NCBI GenBank assembly: GCA_951406725.2
Contig: OX597815.1
Span: forward strand, 174,716,001 to 174,780,000
DNA length: 64,000 nt
DNA from: Octopus vulgaris
Lineage: Eukaryota
Direction of reading: 5' to 3'
Shown piece by piece: positions 1 to 13,912 of the stretch. Every line of letters begins with the position of its first letter. The first letter of the stretch is position 1. The notes beneath the pieces are model-generated. The model was not told the DNA's origin, searched no databases, and saw nothing but the letters and a program-made list of their open reading frames with translations. The position numbers and the translations under genes are program-made.

Positions 1-190
1 CCAACTGTCCCGATGGAAGACAATGACAATGCCGTGGGCGTATAACTCTGCATGTTCACTTTTGCACTAAATAAATCAAACAACTGCCATTATGATTTCT
101 TTCATTCAGTTCAGAAGTGTATCCATGAAGGGTCTAATAACCAAACAGGCATACTTAACAAACAGCCCCAGGCAATGCTGGGCACACCTG

Positions 191-193
<3 letters not shown>
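1..193 (+). mobile_element. Probable Helitron-like 3' end
   Basis: Short GC-rich hairpin cccag-gcaatg-ctggg near 167-182 followed by ctgctta (degenerate CTAG end) and (TA)n; same layout as the Helitron end at 15850-15879. Confidence 0.4.

Positions 194-230
<37 letters not shown>
194..230. repeat. (TA)n microsatellite
   Basis: Pure TA run seen directly. Confidence 0.95.
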
Positions 231-232
<2 letters not shown>

Positions 233-628
233 CGCAGGTGTGGCTGTGTGGTAAGTAGCTTGTTTACCAACCACATGGTTCCAGGTTCAGTCCCACTGCG
301 TGGCACCTTGGGCAAGTGTCTTCTACTATAGCCTCGGACCGACCAAAGCCTTGTGAGTGGATTTGGTAGATGGAAACTGAAAGAAGCCCGTCGTATATAT
401 GTATATGTATGTGTGCATGTGTGTGTTTGTGTATCTGTGTTTGTCCCCCTAGCACTGCTTGACAACTGATGCTGGTGTGTTTATGTCCCTGTTACTTAGC
501 GGTTCGGCAAAAGAGACCAATAGAATAAGTACTGGGCTTACAAAAGAATAAGTCCTGGGGTCGAGTTGTTCGATTAAAGGCGGTGCTCCAGCATGGCCGC
601 AGTCAAATGACTGAAACAAGTAAAAGAG
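231..628 (+). mobile_element. tRNA-derived SINE, near full length
   Basis: A box (tggctgtgtgg) and B box (ggttcagtcc), CORE-like ccttgggcaagt, internal (TA/TG)n and tail tgactgaaacaagtaaaaga; copies at 8681-9050 and 43545-43925. Confidence 0.85.
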
Positions 629-1821
629 TATATATATAAAATATACATGTGTATATTATAATATACATATGTATGTATATATATATATATATAATGTACA
701 TATGTATCTGTATATATATATATAATATACATATCTGTGTGTGTGTGTGTGTGTGTATATATATAATATGATATGATATAATATACATCTATATATATAA
801 TATACATATGTGTGTCTATACAAGGTGGAAAAAATAGTCCTCAAATACCAGAGGTAGAGTAATATGCTTTATTAAAAAGCAGCAAAAATATCACAAAAAC
901 TGTTACTCAGAGTTTCCAGTTTCCTTTCTCTTTAAGGAAAGTATGCTTTGTAAGTAGAACAATTGTTTGACAGCGTAGACATTAAAATTTGGCTTCTGTT
1001 TGTGAATATATCTACCTATCTTTTTGTTAATTTATGAACCTAATTTTTATTTGTCTAAATAAATTAATGTATTTGTGTCTACTTATATAAACACTGGAAA
1101 CAATATTTAGATATACACCCTCATATAGATATTACACATACACACATACACCAACACACTCATGAATGTACATAGAAAGACATAGGTTTTAATTACTAGT
1201 CTTTATGAATTTCTGCAAACAAAACCAAGCAATAATGAGCATGTGTCATTTGCTGATAGATATTCATGAAACAGTGAAGAATGATCTCAAGATATTGCAT
1301 CTCACAAACGAGGTGACAAAGAACTCTGATGGTTGGTGACATTCAATGCTGGAGCAGACCTGTCCACCTGTGCAAGTATGGCAAAAACGTATGTTAAAAT
1401 GAGGTCATGATGGAGGCTGGGATAAATAATATATTTATCTATATCAAGGCCTTTCTTCCATTTTGTACCAGCTAAGTCTCCATCTGCTGTCCTCCTCCCT
1501 TGTCTATGCAATAGCCCCCACCTCGTCTTTCTGTCACCTCTTTCCCCCCTCCTATTCATCCACCACCTTCTCATACCACCAATAATCTCTACAACTATTC
1601 AATACTTAGCCCTCGCTTTCTCTTTTCAGCAAACGTGTAGTTGATAATATGTGTCTCTCCCTCATCATGATGTCTAAATGATGGACCTACTGGTATCCAA
1701 TGCACCTCCTCCTTTTTCCTCCCTTTCCACCTGACTACCAACATCCAGCATGCTTTCTTAGAACTGCCTCTTTCTATGGTCATCCCTCATTCAGTCCCTG
1801 TCTTTTTCCTGCTAATATAAA

Positions 1822-2146
1822 GACCCCCTTCAGTCATGAATGACCATGGGATTGCACCTAGAAGGTTCCCTTCTGAGGCACAAGTCCAGGTAAGGTTGTT
1901 TATGGAAGACCAGCAGTCACCCATGCATACCAGCCTCCCCTCTTCATGCTACTGATGTTATCCAAGGGAAAGGCAAAGGCCAATACAGCTTGGTACCAGT
2001 GACTTGGCAACTCATTTCTACAGCTGAGTGAACTGGAGCAGTGTGAAATAAAGTGTCTTGTTCAAGAACACAACACACAGCCCAGTCCAGGAATTGAACT
2101 CACTACCTCATGATTGAGAGCCTAATACTCTAACCACTGAGCCATA
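1822..2146 (-). mobile_element. tRNA-derived SINE (second family)
   Basis: Minus strand reads tggctcagtggttagag...gagttcaattcc (A/B boxes); homologous copies at 57571-57860 and 24690-24870. Confidence 0.8.
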
Positions 2147-2894
2147 TAGCTGCTGTTTGTGTCTTTCCCATTACTGTCTCTCTCATCACACTTTGCCTTT
2201 ACTATCACACTCTTCTAGTACTCTCTCTCTCTCTTGCAGTTTATTCTGTTTTGCATGCAAACTTGTCGCTGCAATTAGTTTCTTTCCCCCATTACTATAA
2301 GCCTTTATTGCCCTCTCTTCATTACTTTTCTAACTCTATCTCCCATTTCTCCCTCCACTTTCACACTATTACTCCAATCACTCTGCTTCCACTTTTATTC
2401 ACTCTCCTTTTCTCCTCACTTCAGTTCATTTTCTGCAATCACCCTCTCTGCTATCTTCTCTATTGTTCATGTTGCCCTAAACAAATAGAAACAGTTTAGA
2501 GCAGTGAAGACCCTATCTGCCTTGCAGGATATAAAGCAACCTCTCAAGTGCTAGTTCTACAACAAAATGCATATAACACATTCTGAAAAGGGGATGGCAT
2601 ATGAACAGAAACATTGTAAATTGAAAGGACTTTTTGTCTTGCCAAGGACATGACAATGTCTCTAGTTCTGGTGTCACAATAAAATGCACCCTATACACTC
2701 TGTAAAGTGGTTGATGTTAAGAAGGATTTATAGTTATTGAAACCATACCAAATAAAGTATTAATTCTGAATAAGAACTTACTTGATCTATGACAAGGCAG
2801 TATGGAAATCAAATGTAAAATAATAATAATAATGATGTTTTTAAAAAAATGCAAAAATGTATGGCAACCAAAAGAGACAGCACTTCTAATGAAA

Positions 2895-5600
2895 TGTCAT
2901 CATCATTTTGCATACCTTTTCCCATGCTTTTGTGGTTTGGATGGATTTGGGCCTTCTCCAGCAGAGTATTTCACAATGTATTATCCATCCTGTCCTTTAT
3001 GAAGTTCAACATTTTGCAATCAACCTTCACCACATCTTCCCATGTCTTTTTCAGTTTTCACCTTCTGCAAGTTCTTTCCACTTGGATTACTTGGTATTTT
3101 GTTAGTCATCTGTCATCTTCCTCATACATCACATGTCTATACCAATGCGGTCTTCTTTCTAGTACACTACAGCTGAATCCTCTTAGACTCAGTTATTCCA
3201 TTTGCTCATTTGTTCTCCATTAGTCATGCATGCTAACATTACACATCTAGCAGAGTATGCTCACATTATTTCTTTCCAGCCTTCGCATATCCTCAGCATT
3301 CAGTTACCATGTTTTGCTGCCATGCAATATTGGACTCTATAACCAAACATCTTACAGTCTGTTTCACACCCAGCAGAAATAACATCTCCCTAAATTCTTT
3401 GCACTCTGATTATTGTGCTTTCAGAGCATCCAATTTCACAGCTGATGAAGTTGCCTAAGAAACAGAAATCATTGCCTAGCTAACTTTTCTTTGTACATCT
3501 ACAACCCATGAAGTCCTATTCTGCATGTGAACCCATTGCATCACTTGTGCAGTCATAATTTACTATGGATGATTGTAGCACTTTTCCTGCATATTGAGTA
3601 TAGCCACTTTTCAGGTGGTAGTAGAGTTATATATTCTTCTTTGCTAAGAAATTTTTCTTAGGTAGGTTTACTTTTTGGATTTCTTGTTTCTAGGTTCAAC
3701 TTCCATATTTGGAACATTTTCTTTAAATTCTATGACTTATTCAGTTTTGAAAACTAGGTAAGTAGCATACAAGAATTCCTATGAACAGCTAAACTTGAAT
3801 GTCTCTCTTATGGCCTGGTTCTTCGATGGACACTTACCTGCATACTAAATCTTTATTGAACTTGTTGCTGCCAACTTGTTAACAGCACCCTTGTCCATAG
3901 CTTGCACATTTCTCACAAGTCATGTGACCACTAGATTACATAGAGGGGAACCTTCTTGATGGCTTTCTCTAAGTAAGCAAATGCTAGGCATAGTGACTTA
4001 GATAAGAAGGCATCAGTAGTATGCTGTTCATACACAAATCTGTATAAGTATCTTTTCTAAGCTAATTTTCTTCGTAATTAGCTGTGCTATATCTTTTCTC
4101 TTACTTTCATAATTGACCCATAACTAAATGCCTCTGTTGTTGATTCTTTCTTTGTCCACAGCTGTAGATGATAACTGTCACATAAATCATTGAGAATGTC
4201 ACCTTCCTCTACTAAATCATTAACTGTGTGAATGACTACTGCATTTACAATTTTGCCTGATATTGTCAAAGACTAAGCAACTGTCGCTGATGGTCCAGAT
4301 GATTTCCCTACTTTTCTGTGCTTGGCCCATTTGACCATAAAGGCTTCATTGTTCAGTAGCTGGTTCCTTTGTTGGGTTTACACAGGGTGGAGTTTTATAG
4401 AGCATTCCTTACTTCTTTTTCTTGGTATCCATGAGGGTGAGTGTACCACTGACATCCTGTGCACACTTCACCAATGACATCTTGATCATACTGGAACACC
4501 TCACATTTCTGATCTTCTCTCTCTGTATATTTGATTACTACAGTTTTGGATATAGTTCTAATAAACTGCACAGTAGCTTGGACAAGTCTATTCTACTATA
4601 GGACCAAGCCAACTAAATCCTTGTGAGTAAATTTGATAAGAGTAGACTGAAAAAACCTGTTGTGTGCATATGTTTTGTGTGAGTGTGTTTACATTAGAGC
4701 TCTATGGGAGTTGCTTGCTATGAACAGTGTTGTTGACACACCTGTCAACAACTAGCCCACTCTCTTCACACCTTTGAAGATGTGAAATAAATTCCTTACT
4801 TGAAAAACAGGTGAGGGTTAGTGACAGACAAGATATCCAGCTGTAAAAACAAGATCTCACTAATGTATTTGTTTGACCCATGCTAGCATGGAAAATGAAC
4901 AAATGAAACTCTGAAGCCACTGTGCTTTACAACCAGCAAATGAAATTCAAAAGTGTGTTTATTCTGCTTTCCATTTCATTCCTTACTAAGTACACCTGGC
5001 GCCTAGCTTCTCTTGTAGCTATTTACCAGTGTTTGCTCTATTTTTTCTTCTATTCTTTCCATATGTCTCTTAGCTCTTATGACTATTTATTATAAATTTC
5101 CACCTGGCTGGAAACTTCTTTCAACAGATTTGGCCTTTGGCTCACAGCAAGTTGTTTTGTAGAAACTCTCAGTTGTCTTCTATGCCATAAGCCTCTATCT
5201 TTCTCCCTCTTCATTGTTGGTGTTGCTTATTATTTCCTTGAATTTCTGTATGACCAAGGATCTTTAAGTGTCCATACTTCCCTTCTCAGTATTATCTAGT
5301 ATCTATCAATCTTTCTAATTCTTACCTTCATGCTGCTAATCACTAGTCTTACTTTGATTTCTCTTCATTCTTTGCCCTTGTGCCATATCCACAGCCTCCA
5401 TGTACATTGGAATAGCCATCATGGTGTTGCCCAACATTAAGGTCAGCATTGATAATGAGATTGCTGTCATCTGTTATCCAGGTAGTCTGTAGGAAAACCT
5501 CATTGAAACAGGCCTTTTGCTCATCTGTCAGTTCTGATTGTAGTGCAAAGATCACTGTTGCTATCATGTTGTTTATAACTAAGCTTAATTATTCTTTCAC
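2895..5600 (-). mobile_element. Heavily degraded RTE-clade LINE
   Basis: ORF 5349-5567(-) has RTE endonuclease-like DLNVGQ...VHGGCGYGTR; RT-like remnants at 3000-4100 and an RTE-type tail near 2900; many stops. Confidence 0.65.
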
Positions 5601-5879
5601 ATACTCTACCTCAATTACTGCCAACAATTGATCTGTATGAGAATTTGTTCATAACCTGTTATTTTTTATTGTTTTCAGAGTAAAATATACTTCAATTAGT
5701 CCTTTTTTTATTATTATTATTATTATTAAAGATTAACTAACCTTTCATAAACTACTCACATCTAGAATATATAAAACAGATATACAGTGCATTTTTTGAA
5801 ATTCGATTTTGTATTTCAGACGCATAATTTTTAAATCATGAATAGAAAACCTAGTTTATTTTAATTTTTCACCCTCTAG

Positions 5880-6067
5880 GTGGCTGCAAGTGAAGTATCT
5901 AATCATATTCATCGGCAACCAAAGAAAGATGGCTTAGTACCAATATTTATTAATGCTCAAACTGGTATTTTTCGAAACACTGCTACAATTACACTTGGTG
6001 CACGTGGGGACAGTTACTATGAATATCTACTAAAACAGTGGTTACAAACAGGAAAAATTAATAACAC
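5880..6067 (+). CDS. MAN1B1: ER mannosyl-oligosaccharide 1,2-alpha-mannosidase (GH47), internal coding exon
   Basis: ctctag|GTG...AC|gtatgt; encodes [11 protein letters not shown]...[17 protein letters not shown], the GH47 ER mannosidase I motif; ends in phase 2, matching the next exon. Confidence 0.93.
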
Positions 6068-6634
6068 GTATGTTAAATTTGTATCTTTATTTTTAAGAAA
6101 GTCTACTTATAAACATTATACACTCTCAACAGAGCCTCTGTCTAGCTTGTGATGAATTTGAAAATAATATTTATAAAAAATATCAAGTAATGACTGGAGA
6201 AGATACATACTGTACATAATTTAATCCAAATTATTTTTTCCTCTTCTTAATCATTATTTATAATTAAAAATAATGTCTACTTCAAAAGTTTATGGTTTAT
6301 GCAGCCCTGCTGTTTCCTGAATAATAAGCATTATATTTGATAGAATAATCTGAATGCTAAAGAATTTAGTTGAGTTTCTTGTGTGTTTTGGCTGTATTAG
6401 ATGCAGACCCTATTTTCAATTCTATTACCATTGCTTGAATTTCCTTTATGCTTATGATAGTTTTAAAAAAAGCATGAAGATCCCACACTCTCATTTATGC
6501 CCTAGAATAAATCTGAGACCTTGTACCTATGTAAGAAATCAGTTATTATTTTGTAAATTAAAATCTGATATTTATTTTATTTATTGCTGGATACTAAAAG
6601 AATTTTCTTCATTCGAAATTCTGTTTCTCAACAG

Positions 6635-6758
6635 TTTCAAAGATGATTACTTAGAGGCAGTGAAAGGAATGCAGCTTCACCTCATGAAAATGTCAGAACC
6701 TAGCAAATTAGTGTATTTGGGGGAACTGCTTGGTGGTCGACATTTTAGTCCGAAAATG
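6635..6758 (+). CDS. MAN1B1: MAN1B1 internal coding exon
   Basis: caacag|T...ATG|gtaagc; encodes FKDDYLEAVKGMQLHL...SEPSKLVYLGELLGGRHFSPKM. Confidence 0.93.
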
Positions 6759-7899
6759 GTAAGCTGGATATATTATATTTTGATTTCTGTTTAGTCTAAT
6801 GCAAACTTATCTTTTTGTTGATGTTCTCTTATAATCTCTAACAAGTGACTCTTTTTCTACATTATCATCATCATTGTTCTAACATTCATTTTTCCATGTT
6901 TACATGGGTCAAATAGAATTTGATGAGGCAGATTTTCCAGTCAGAGGCACTTCCTGTTGCCAACCTTCACTTTTATTCAAGTATAGTACTATTTCACCAT
7001 GACCAGATGTTTTCACAGAAGATTGGAAACAAAGGACACTGCATGACAGAAACATTTGTTTACAACTATCATGTGATGTCAAGGCAAGGTGACAGTAACA
7101 CACACACATATGCATATATAATATATATGATGGCCTTCTTTTAGTTCCGTCTTCTATACCTACCCACTCATAACGTTTTAGTCAGCCCAGGGTTATAATA
7201 GAAGACAGTTGCTCAAAGCACCTCACAATGGCACTGGACCCAAAAGCATGTGATTGGGAAGCTAACTTTTTACCACAGCCAAACCAGCACCAACAGTGTA
7301 TTGAAACTTGCTCTATCTCTGGAGTTGGCTGGATTTAATCAACATAACATAGTTATAATTCACTTTCAATGTTATTTATATTAGGTGTTATTTGCAATTA
7401 ATTTGATGATTGAAAATCTCTGATACGGCTGTAGTTATTGTGAGACTTGAACTCACCTGCATATCTTATGTTGGTTGTGAATTAACAGAGTTGTTTGGAG
7501 TGTCAGGTGAAATGCTTAATATATTTAATTCTGGCTCTCTGAATATTTGGGTTGGCTATGGCTAGCTTCAACATAGAAGAGATAGAGTATTTGGGCTGGA
7601 TATGACTGGTTTAAATGCAAAAGACTTAAGCTCTTGAATAATGAAGTTTAGAAACATTCAATAAAATATATATTGGTTGAAAGTGTATTGGCTCTACCTC
7701 TTTTATGTTCAAGCTAGCCATATCTGGCCTCTCACACCTAACCTACAGTGACTTTCAAAGTATAAATAATCACAACGTTGAAATCTCAAAGCTATGAAAT
7801 AATGCACGATTAATTCAAAGTAATATGAATAAATGAACATTACATTTGACAAAGTAATCAGAATGCTAAAAAGTTAAAGTATAATTTCTTTTATTACAG

Positions 7900-8094
7900 G
7901 ACCATCTTTTATGCTACCTCCCTGGAACATTGGCCCTTGGTTACATGCATGGCCTTGGAGATGATCATTTAGAACTGGCCAAGAAACTCATGAAAACTTG
8001 CTTCTATATGTATAATCGAATGCCCACCAAATTGAGTCCTGAAATTGTGTACTTCAATATGGCTCCAGGAGCTAAAGAGGATTTAATTGTAAAG
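7900..8094 (+). CDS. MAN1B1: MAN1B1 internal coding exon
   Basis: ttacag|GAC...AAG|gtaatt; encodes DHLLCYLPGTLALG...PTKLSPEIVYFN, typical of GH47. Confidence 0.94.
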
Positions 8095-8680
8095 GTAATT
8101 AAATGTTTAATTGTGAAATATTAATTTACACTGGATAAATGTAATATAAAGCTAAAATACTGGTTTAGAATTTTTTTTTTTTAAATTAATTATTCCCGTA
8201 TTCCTTTTAGATTCTCCTGTGGGAGATGGGAAAGGTGTAGCTCGGTCAGTATATTTTGTTGTACTTGGACTCCTTGTTGGCTGATAGAAATGAATTCTCT
8301 ATAACAATAATTTAAATGTAAAAGAGAATGAGATCAGATAAAATTTTACAGATTTCCTTGTGCAGGTATCTTCTACCATAGCCTTGGACCAACCAAAGCC
8401 TTGTGAATGGATTTGGTAGACGGAAACTGAAAGAAGCCCATAATGTATGTGTGTTTGTGTCTGTTCCCCACTGCTACTGCTTGACAACTGGTGTTGGTGT
8501 GCTTACGTCACTGTAACTTAACTGTTCAGCAAAGGAGACCGATAGGATAATACCAGGCTTAACAGAAAAAAATAAGCACTGGGGTTAATTCATTTGACTA
8601 AAAATTCTTCAAGGCGGTGCCCCAGCATGGTCTCAGTCTGATGATTGAAACAAGTAAAAGATAGAAGTAAAATATATAAC

Positions 8681-9050
8681 CAGGCACAAACATGGCTGAG
8701 TGGCTACAAAGCTAACTTTGCAACTTTCAGGTTCATTCCCACTGTGCAGCACCTAGGGAAATTGTCTTCTTTTATAGTCACGGACCAACCGATGCTTTGT
8801 GAGTGAATTTGGTAGATGGAAACTATAAGGAGGCACGGCATGTGTATGTCTTTGTGTTTTTGTCCCCCACAACTACTTGACAACCAGTGATGGTTTGTTT
8901 ATGTCCCCACAACTTAATGGGTTGGTAAAAGTGATTGACAGAATAAGTACCAGATTTTAAAATAAGTATTAGGGTTTATTTGTTGAATTAAACTCTTCTA
9001 GATGATGCCCAAGCATGGCCATGGTCCAGTGACTGCAACAACTAAAAGAG
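8681..9050 (+). mobile_element. SINE copy (family of 231-628); a rearranged copy lies just upstream at 8355-8665
   Basis: Colinear similarity to 231-628 across head, body and tail. Confidence 0.75.
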
Positions 9051-9277
9051 AATTGACTTCCACACTTGTTAATAATGCGAACATATACATGAATTACTTG
9101 AAAAGGAGTTTTCTTATCTAGATACTCTTCACTTGTGCGAGACAGTGAAATATAATCATTGTTTTATTATATTTCTATTGGTAATTGGTGTTTTATCAAT
9201 TTATTTCTAAAATTGTAGCAATTTGGGTTTTTGTTTCATTCATTCGTCTATAAAACCTTATAATTATATCTTTACAG

Positions 9278-9610
9278 GCAGTAGATGCTCACAATCTTCA
9301 TCGACCAGAAACAGTGGAAAGCCTTTTTTATTTATACCAAATTACTAAAGATAAAAAATACCAAGAGTGGGGTTGGATGATATTCCAAGCTTTTGAGAAA
9401 TATACCAAGCTCCCTAATGCTGGTTATTCTGCTATCAATAATGTCAAAAGTATTACCAATCCTGGCTTTACAGATAAAATGGAAAGTTTCTTTTTAGCAG
9501 AAACCCTGAAATATTTCTATTTACTTTTCGCAGAAGGTGATGCTATTATTCCTTTGGACAAATATGTATTTAACAGTGAAGCTCATCCATTACCAATCTA
9601 TAATTCTTAA
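9278..9610 (+). CDS. MAN1B1: MAN1B1 terminal coding exon
   Basis: ttacag|GCA...; encodes [16 protein letters not shown]...[19 protein letters not shown]...[10 protein letters not shown] then TAA at 9608-9610. Confidence 0.95.
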   Translation, partial: AVDAHNLHRPETVESLFYLYQITKDKKYQEWGWMIFQAFEKYTKLPNAGYSAINNVKSITNPGFTDKMESFFLAETLKYFYLLFAEGDAIIPLDKYVFNSEAHPLPIYNS

Positions 9611-12390
9611 ATATATAAAAAAATTCATTCAAAATTTTTTTTTTCTTTTGCCATTTTTCATCACAGAAAAATAAACAAAACGGTTGTAAAAAAAGAACAT
9701 TCTGAAGAAAATATGATTTCAGTTGTGCAGATTTTTAAAGAGCTGTATTATAAATTTTATTCAAAGACTCTTTAACTATATGTTATTTAAATCATCAAAA
9801 ATGTGAAATAGTGGTGTTAATTCTCTGATTTAAATTATGTTCTACAGTAATAATACATTTATTTGTTACCAAGGTAAAGATTATGTTGTAAAATACATTT
9901 ACTTTACCTACAGATTTCCTTCATAATAACGCTATTAAAAAATCCCAAAAAATTTGAATGCAATCCAGGGAGCAATACTAAAAAAATATTTATATTGGGA
10001 GTCTCTTTGGCAAAATTGTATTCTATCCTGTATAAAGATGATATAAATGTTTTACTGAAGTTAATGCATTATGCCAATCGATAAATATCATACAGACCAA
10101 TAATCCTTTAGTATATTACCTATTTTTTATGCTGATTTCATTTTATTTATATAATAGATGAGCTGTTAAATATTGAAAAGGCATTGAAATGAAAATATAT
10201 ATATCATGATAAAATGCAATAGTTTTAATATTATACGTGTATTAAAATCTTGTCTAGTTTTTAATCTGAAATGTTATGAAAAGTTGTCATGTAACTGAGT
10301 AATATATTTGGATCAACCTTCCTTCATAAGAAAGTGGTCCAAAATTTTTGATTGCTGATTAAACATATGAGTAAGAATTACCTAAATGCAAAGAAAAAAG
10401 AATGTAATGTAAATATTTTTATGGAAAATAAGGAAAGAGAAAAAAATTTACGTCTTGATATTATGAAAATTAAATTGACATTGCCAAACTATAGGAGGTT
10501 TATGGTTGAATGATTCAGCCAGTATATTACTGGTTGAATTATTGAACTCAGCTGAATTTAAATTCTGAACATAAAAGGATGTAACTAAATAGTACAGCCT
10601 TATGTTTCTGACCTGTTTGCCATACTCTCGGATATTAATTAGAAGAAATAAGTGACGACTTGGGTCAGTTTTGCTGTGTATTTTATTGTTTTTAAATCAA
10701 ACATCTCATTAATCAGTAATCACCAAGATTTGCATGTCATTTTGTACAAAGTCAAAATATCCAATTTAAACACAGCAAGTATAAATGCTATATTTTCAGC
10801 AGATTAAATTCATCGATGACCTGAAACATATACCCTGTACGTAAAGATAAATGTATATGGCTGTACAAATGCTCTACCACCACCAAGCTTATGACAAGCT
10901 GAGCAGAGATTTTTATGCCTTGGTGGTCTTGTCCTAGAGAAGAATTTAGTGGACCTCAATAGTAACACTGAGTATACATCCATACATAAAAGAGGTGAAG
11001 AAAATGTGAAATGAGGCACAAAGTCTTAAGTTTTTACATTACTTTATTTGAGCATTATAACCAAGTCATCTATGTGTATACATCAAGCTCTTTAAAGCAG
11101 TCAATGTTAAAAACAACTATTTGTAATTTTCAAAGTTAATCATTAACAATGTATAAGTTTCAAAGTCTTTTGTATAGCTATTTTTTCTCCTTCACTCCAT
11201 ATGCATGAATTTGTTATGCTTAGTTCCATAAATAATTCTTGTAAAAAGATAGATGCAGGTGGGGAAATTTTATGTTTACAATAAGAATACATGGATTATT
11301 TCTTTTTAATATGGAGAAATTGACTCCATTATAATAATTTTAAAAGTACAGTCATCTAATTTCTCCAAATAAATACTTACCTAATGTGAATTTGGATTAC
11401 TCAGTAAGTTAACTATTTGGGGGTGCCTTTTAATAAGACAAAGCTATATTGTTTATAAAATAACCACTTCCTGTTTACAAATTTGAGTTACTTTTCTCAC
11501 ATTCTCTTCAATAATTCTTGGTACAAGTCTATTTTCCCCCTCACATTAAGCTTCAGTAAAGCTACATTGTGAAAGATAAATGGATATGATGTACTAGCCC
11601 CTTCTTCTCTTTCTCTGATCTCCCCACAAGTTTTGTGTTGAGATTGAGAAATAATCATGAAAGTCCAAGGTTTTCATGTATGTATATGTGCTGGTCCTTA
11701 AATTCAGCTGTTGTTCAGAGACAAAATAAATTGGGTGTTTAGAGCCTTTCCCATTGTGATACCTTCCAAAATTCTTCCAGTTGAATTTGTTGTAATTCTA
11801 TCTTTGAATTTTTATTTTATCCCTGCCATTGTTGTTTACTGTCAATCAATAACTGGTATACTTCAATATACTAGTTATTGACTGATAGAGAAAAAGCAGG
11901 CAAATTTCCCTCAAATTGCACCCTGCTATTTTAAGTAAGGATAGGACATTTTGATTAATGTCCTACATAGCCCTAAAAAGACAGGATGGCCATCGCTAGA
12001 ATACTTTGGATCATAGATCTGATGGTTAAGAGTTGACCTGGAGTTAAACATCAAAAAGAAAACACAAATTACAGCTCTTTAACTCCTATCTTATTTAACA
12101 AAAGTAAAAATATTTCTTGAAATATAAAATATGGGTGAAGAGGGTATTCATGCAATGAAACTAATCTAAAATTACTCATCTGGTTCTATAAAAATAGTTA
12201 AAACCTCAATTTATGAAAAATAGTAATAAGAGTTCAGTAATATTTATAAATTTGTGAAAACAAATGAGTTCAGGCAATAAAATTTACTTTTTGTAAAAAA
12301 AAAAAAAAAAAACCGATCTGTCTCATGTTTTTTTCTTATAACCTTATTAATACCAATTCACCTATACTGAAGTGTTCATCTTGATATTAA

Positions 12391-12605
12391 CCTTTTTAGC
12401 ATTTAAACTGGCCATATCCAGTCAAAATATTCTGTTTTAGGTTCAAAATGATCAGATCCTGCCTCTCCCACCTACCCTACAATGTCATTCTGAAAATAAA
12501 GTTACATCATTGAAATCTCAAAAATACAAGATAATACATGATTAATTCCAAGCAATGTAAATAAATAAGCATTACATCTGACAAAATAATCTGAATGCTA
12601 AAAGG
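12391..12605. mobile_element. piggyBac-type MITE
   Basis: TTAA|cctttttagcatt ... aatgctaaaagg|TTAA termini; family members at 13152-13364, 56435-56865, about 61385-62167 and about 7590-7875. Confidence 0.7.
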
Positions 12606-13151
12606 TTAAACTCTAACAGAATCTCATTATAATATAAGATTTGATTTGGTCACTAAAATAATATACCAATTATAAAGCTGCATATATATTTTACTTAACT
12701 CAGTCAAAATCTTGATTATACTGAAAACAGAAATGCACTCATAAAAAGCTGAAGTAGACTGTATGTATTTTCAGGGCATTTGCACCCTGTGAATTCTGCA
12801 GAAAACTAATTTATAATTTTATATGCAGTATATAGGAATCAAAAACAATGTCATATCATGTATCATGAAGTACTATTATGGTTTAATATAACCAGGATAC
12901 AATATTTCCTTTCTTAAACTATTCAAAGCTGGGTTTTTTTCTGTATTTTATTCCAGCTTTGTTTTGAAACAACTTTCTGTTTTCATGAAGAACTTGATCT
13001 AAGCAGAAACTAACTGAAGCATGAAATGTGGTAATAACTTAATAGCACTAAAATTCATAGAACTCTAAATCATGACAAATAGCAACATATGGCCTTGGAA
13101 TATAATTACACTAGAGCAATCATTTTTAGGAGACTTAGTGCCTTTATTCAA

Positions 13152-13364
13152 CCCTTTAGCATTTAAACTGGCCACATCTAGCCCAGATTTTCTGTTTTAT
13201 GTTTGAGCTGCCAAATCTGACCTCTCATACCTACCCCACAATGTCATTCTAAAAATAAACAATCACTTCCTCAAAATCTTGAAGCTGAGGTAATGCATGA
13301 TTAATTCAAAACAATGTGAATGAATAAACATTACATTTGACAGAATGATCTGAATGTTAAAGGG
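13152..13364. mobile_element. piggyBac-type MITE
   Basis: ccctttagcatt ... aatgttaaaggg|TTAA inverted termini; internal similarity to 12391-12605. Confidence 0.72.
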
Positions 13365-13912
13365 TTAATCCAGACCCCTACACAAAACAAAAGGATGTTG
13401 GTGAAAATTTTTCCATCTAAATAAAAAGGGATTAATGTAGTGACAATTTATAGCCCAAACAATAAATGTTGGAGCCATTTTCACACTTAAATTCAAAATG
13501 CAGGTGATTTATTTATACAGAAATGCTTTTTGTTGATCTGAAATTGTCTTTTATTCAAGCAGATATTCTTTTGAGTGTCACCAATAGGGTAGGGTAACTG
13601 ATCGATATTTGTGTTTATCTTCAGATGTAATATCATTGTTTATATTAGAGAAGCATCTATATCAAATGAACAAGGACAAAGAATTGTCCCAATGTGGGAC
13701 TCCTTTTTAACTCAAGAAATATTCCTATCCAAGGTTGATCAATTTTTTTGTTGGAAACAATTGGCAATGAGAATTGCTAAAACTAGTTAAATTAGTTGTT
13801 TTTCTTTTGTTCTTTTATTTTTTGCCGAACTGCTATGTTACAGGGATGTAAACACCAGTTGTCAAGCAGTGACTGGTGGAAAAACACAGGTACACACACA
13901 CACAAATATATA

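Noticed and set aside
92-844. ORFs with IY/HT repeats (also 18368-18798 and 24077-24728)
   Set aside because: They are translations of microsatellites and SINEs, not genes.
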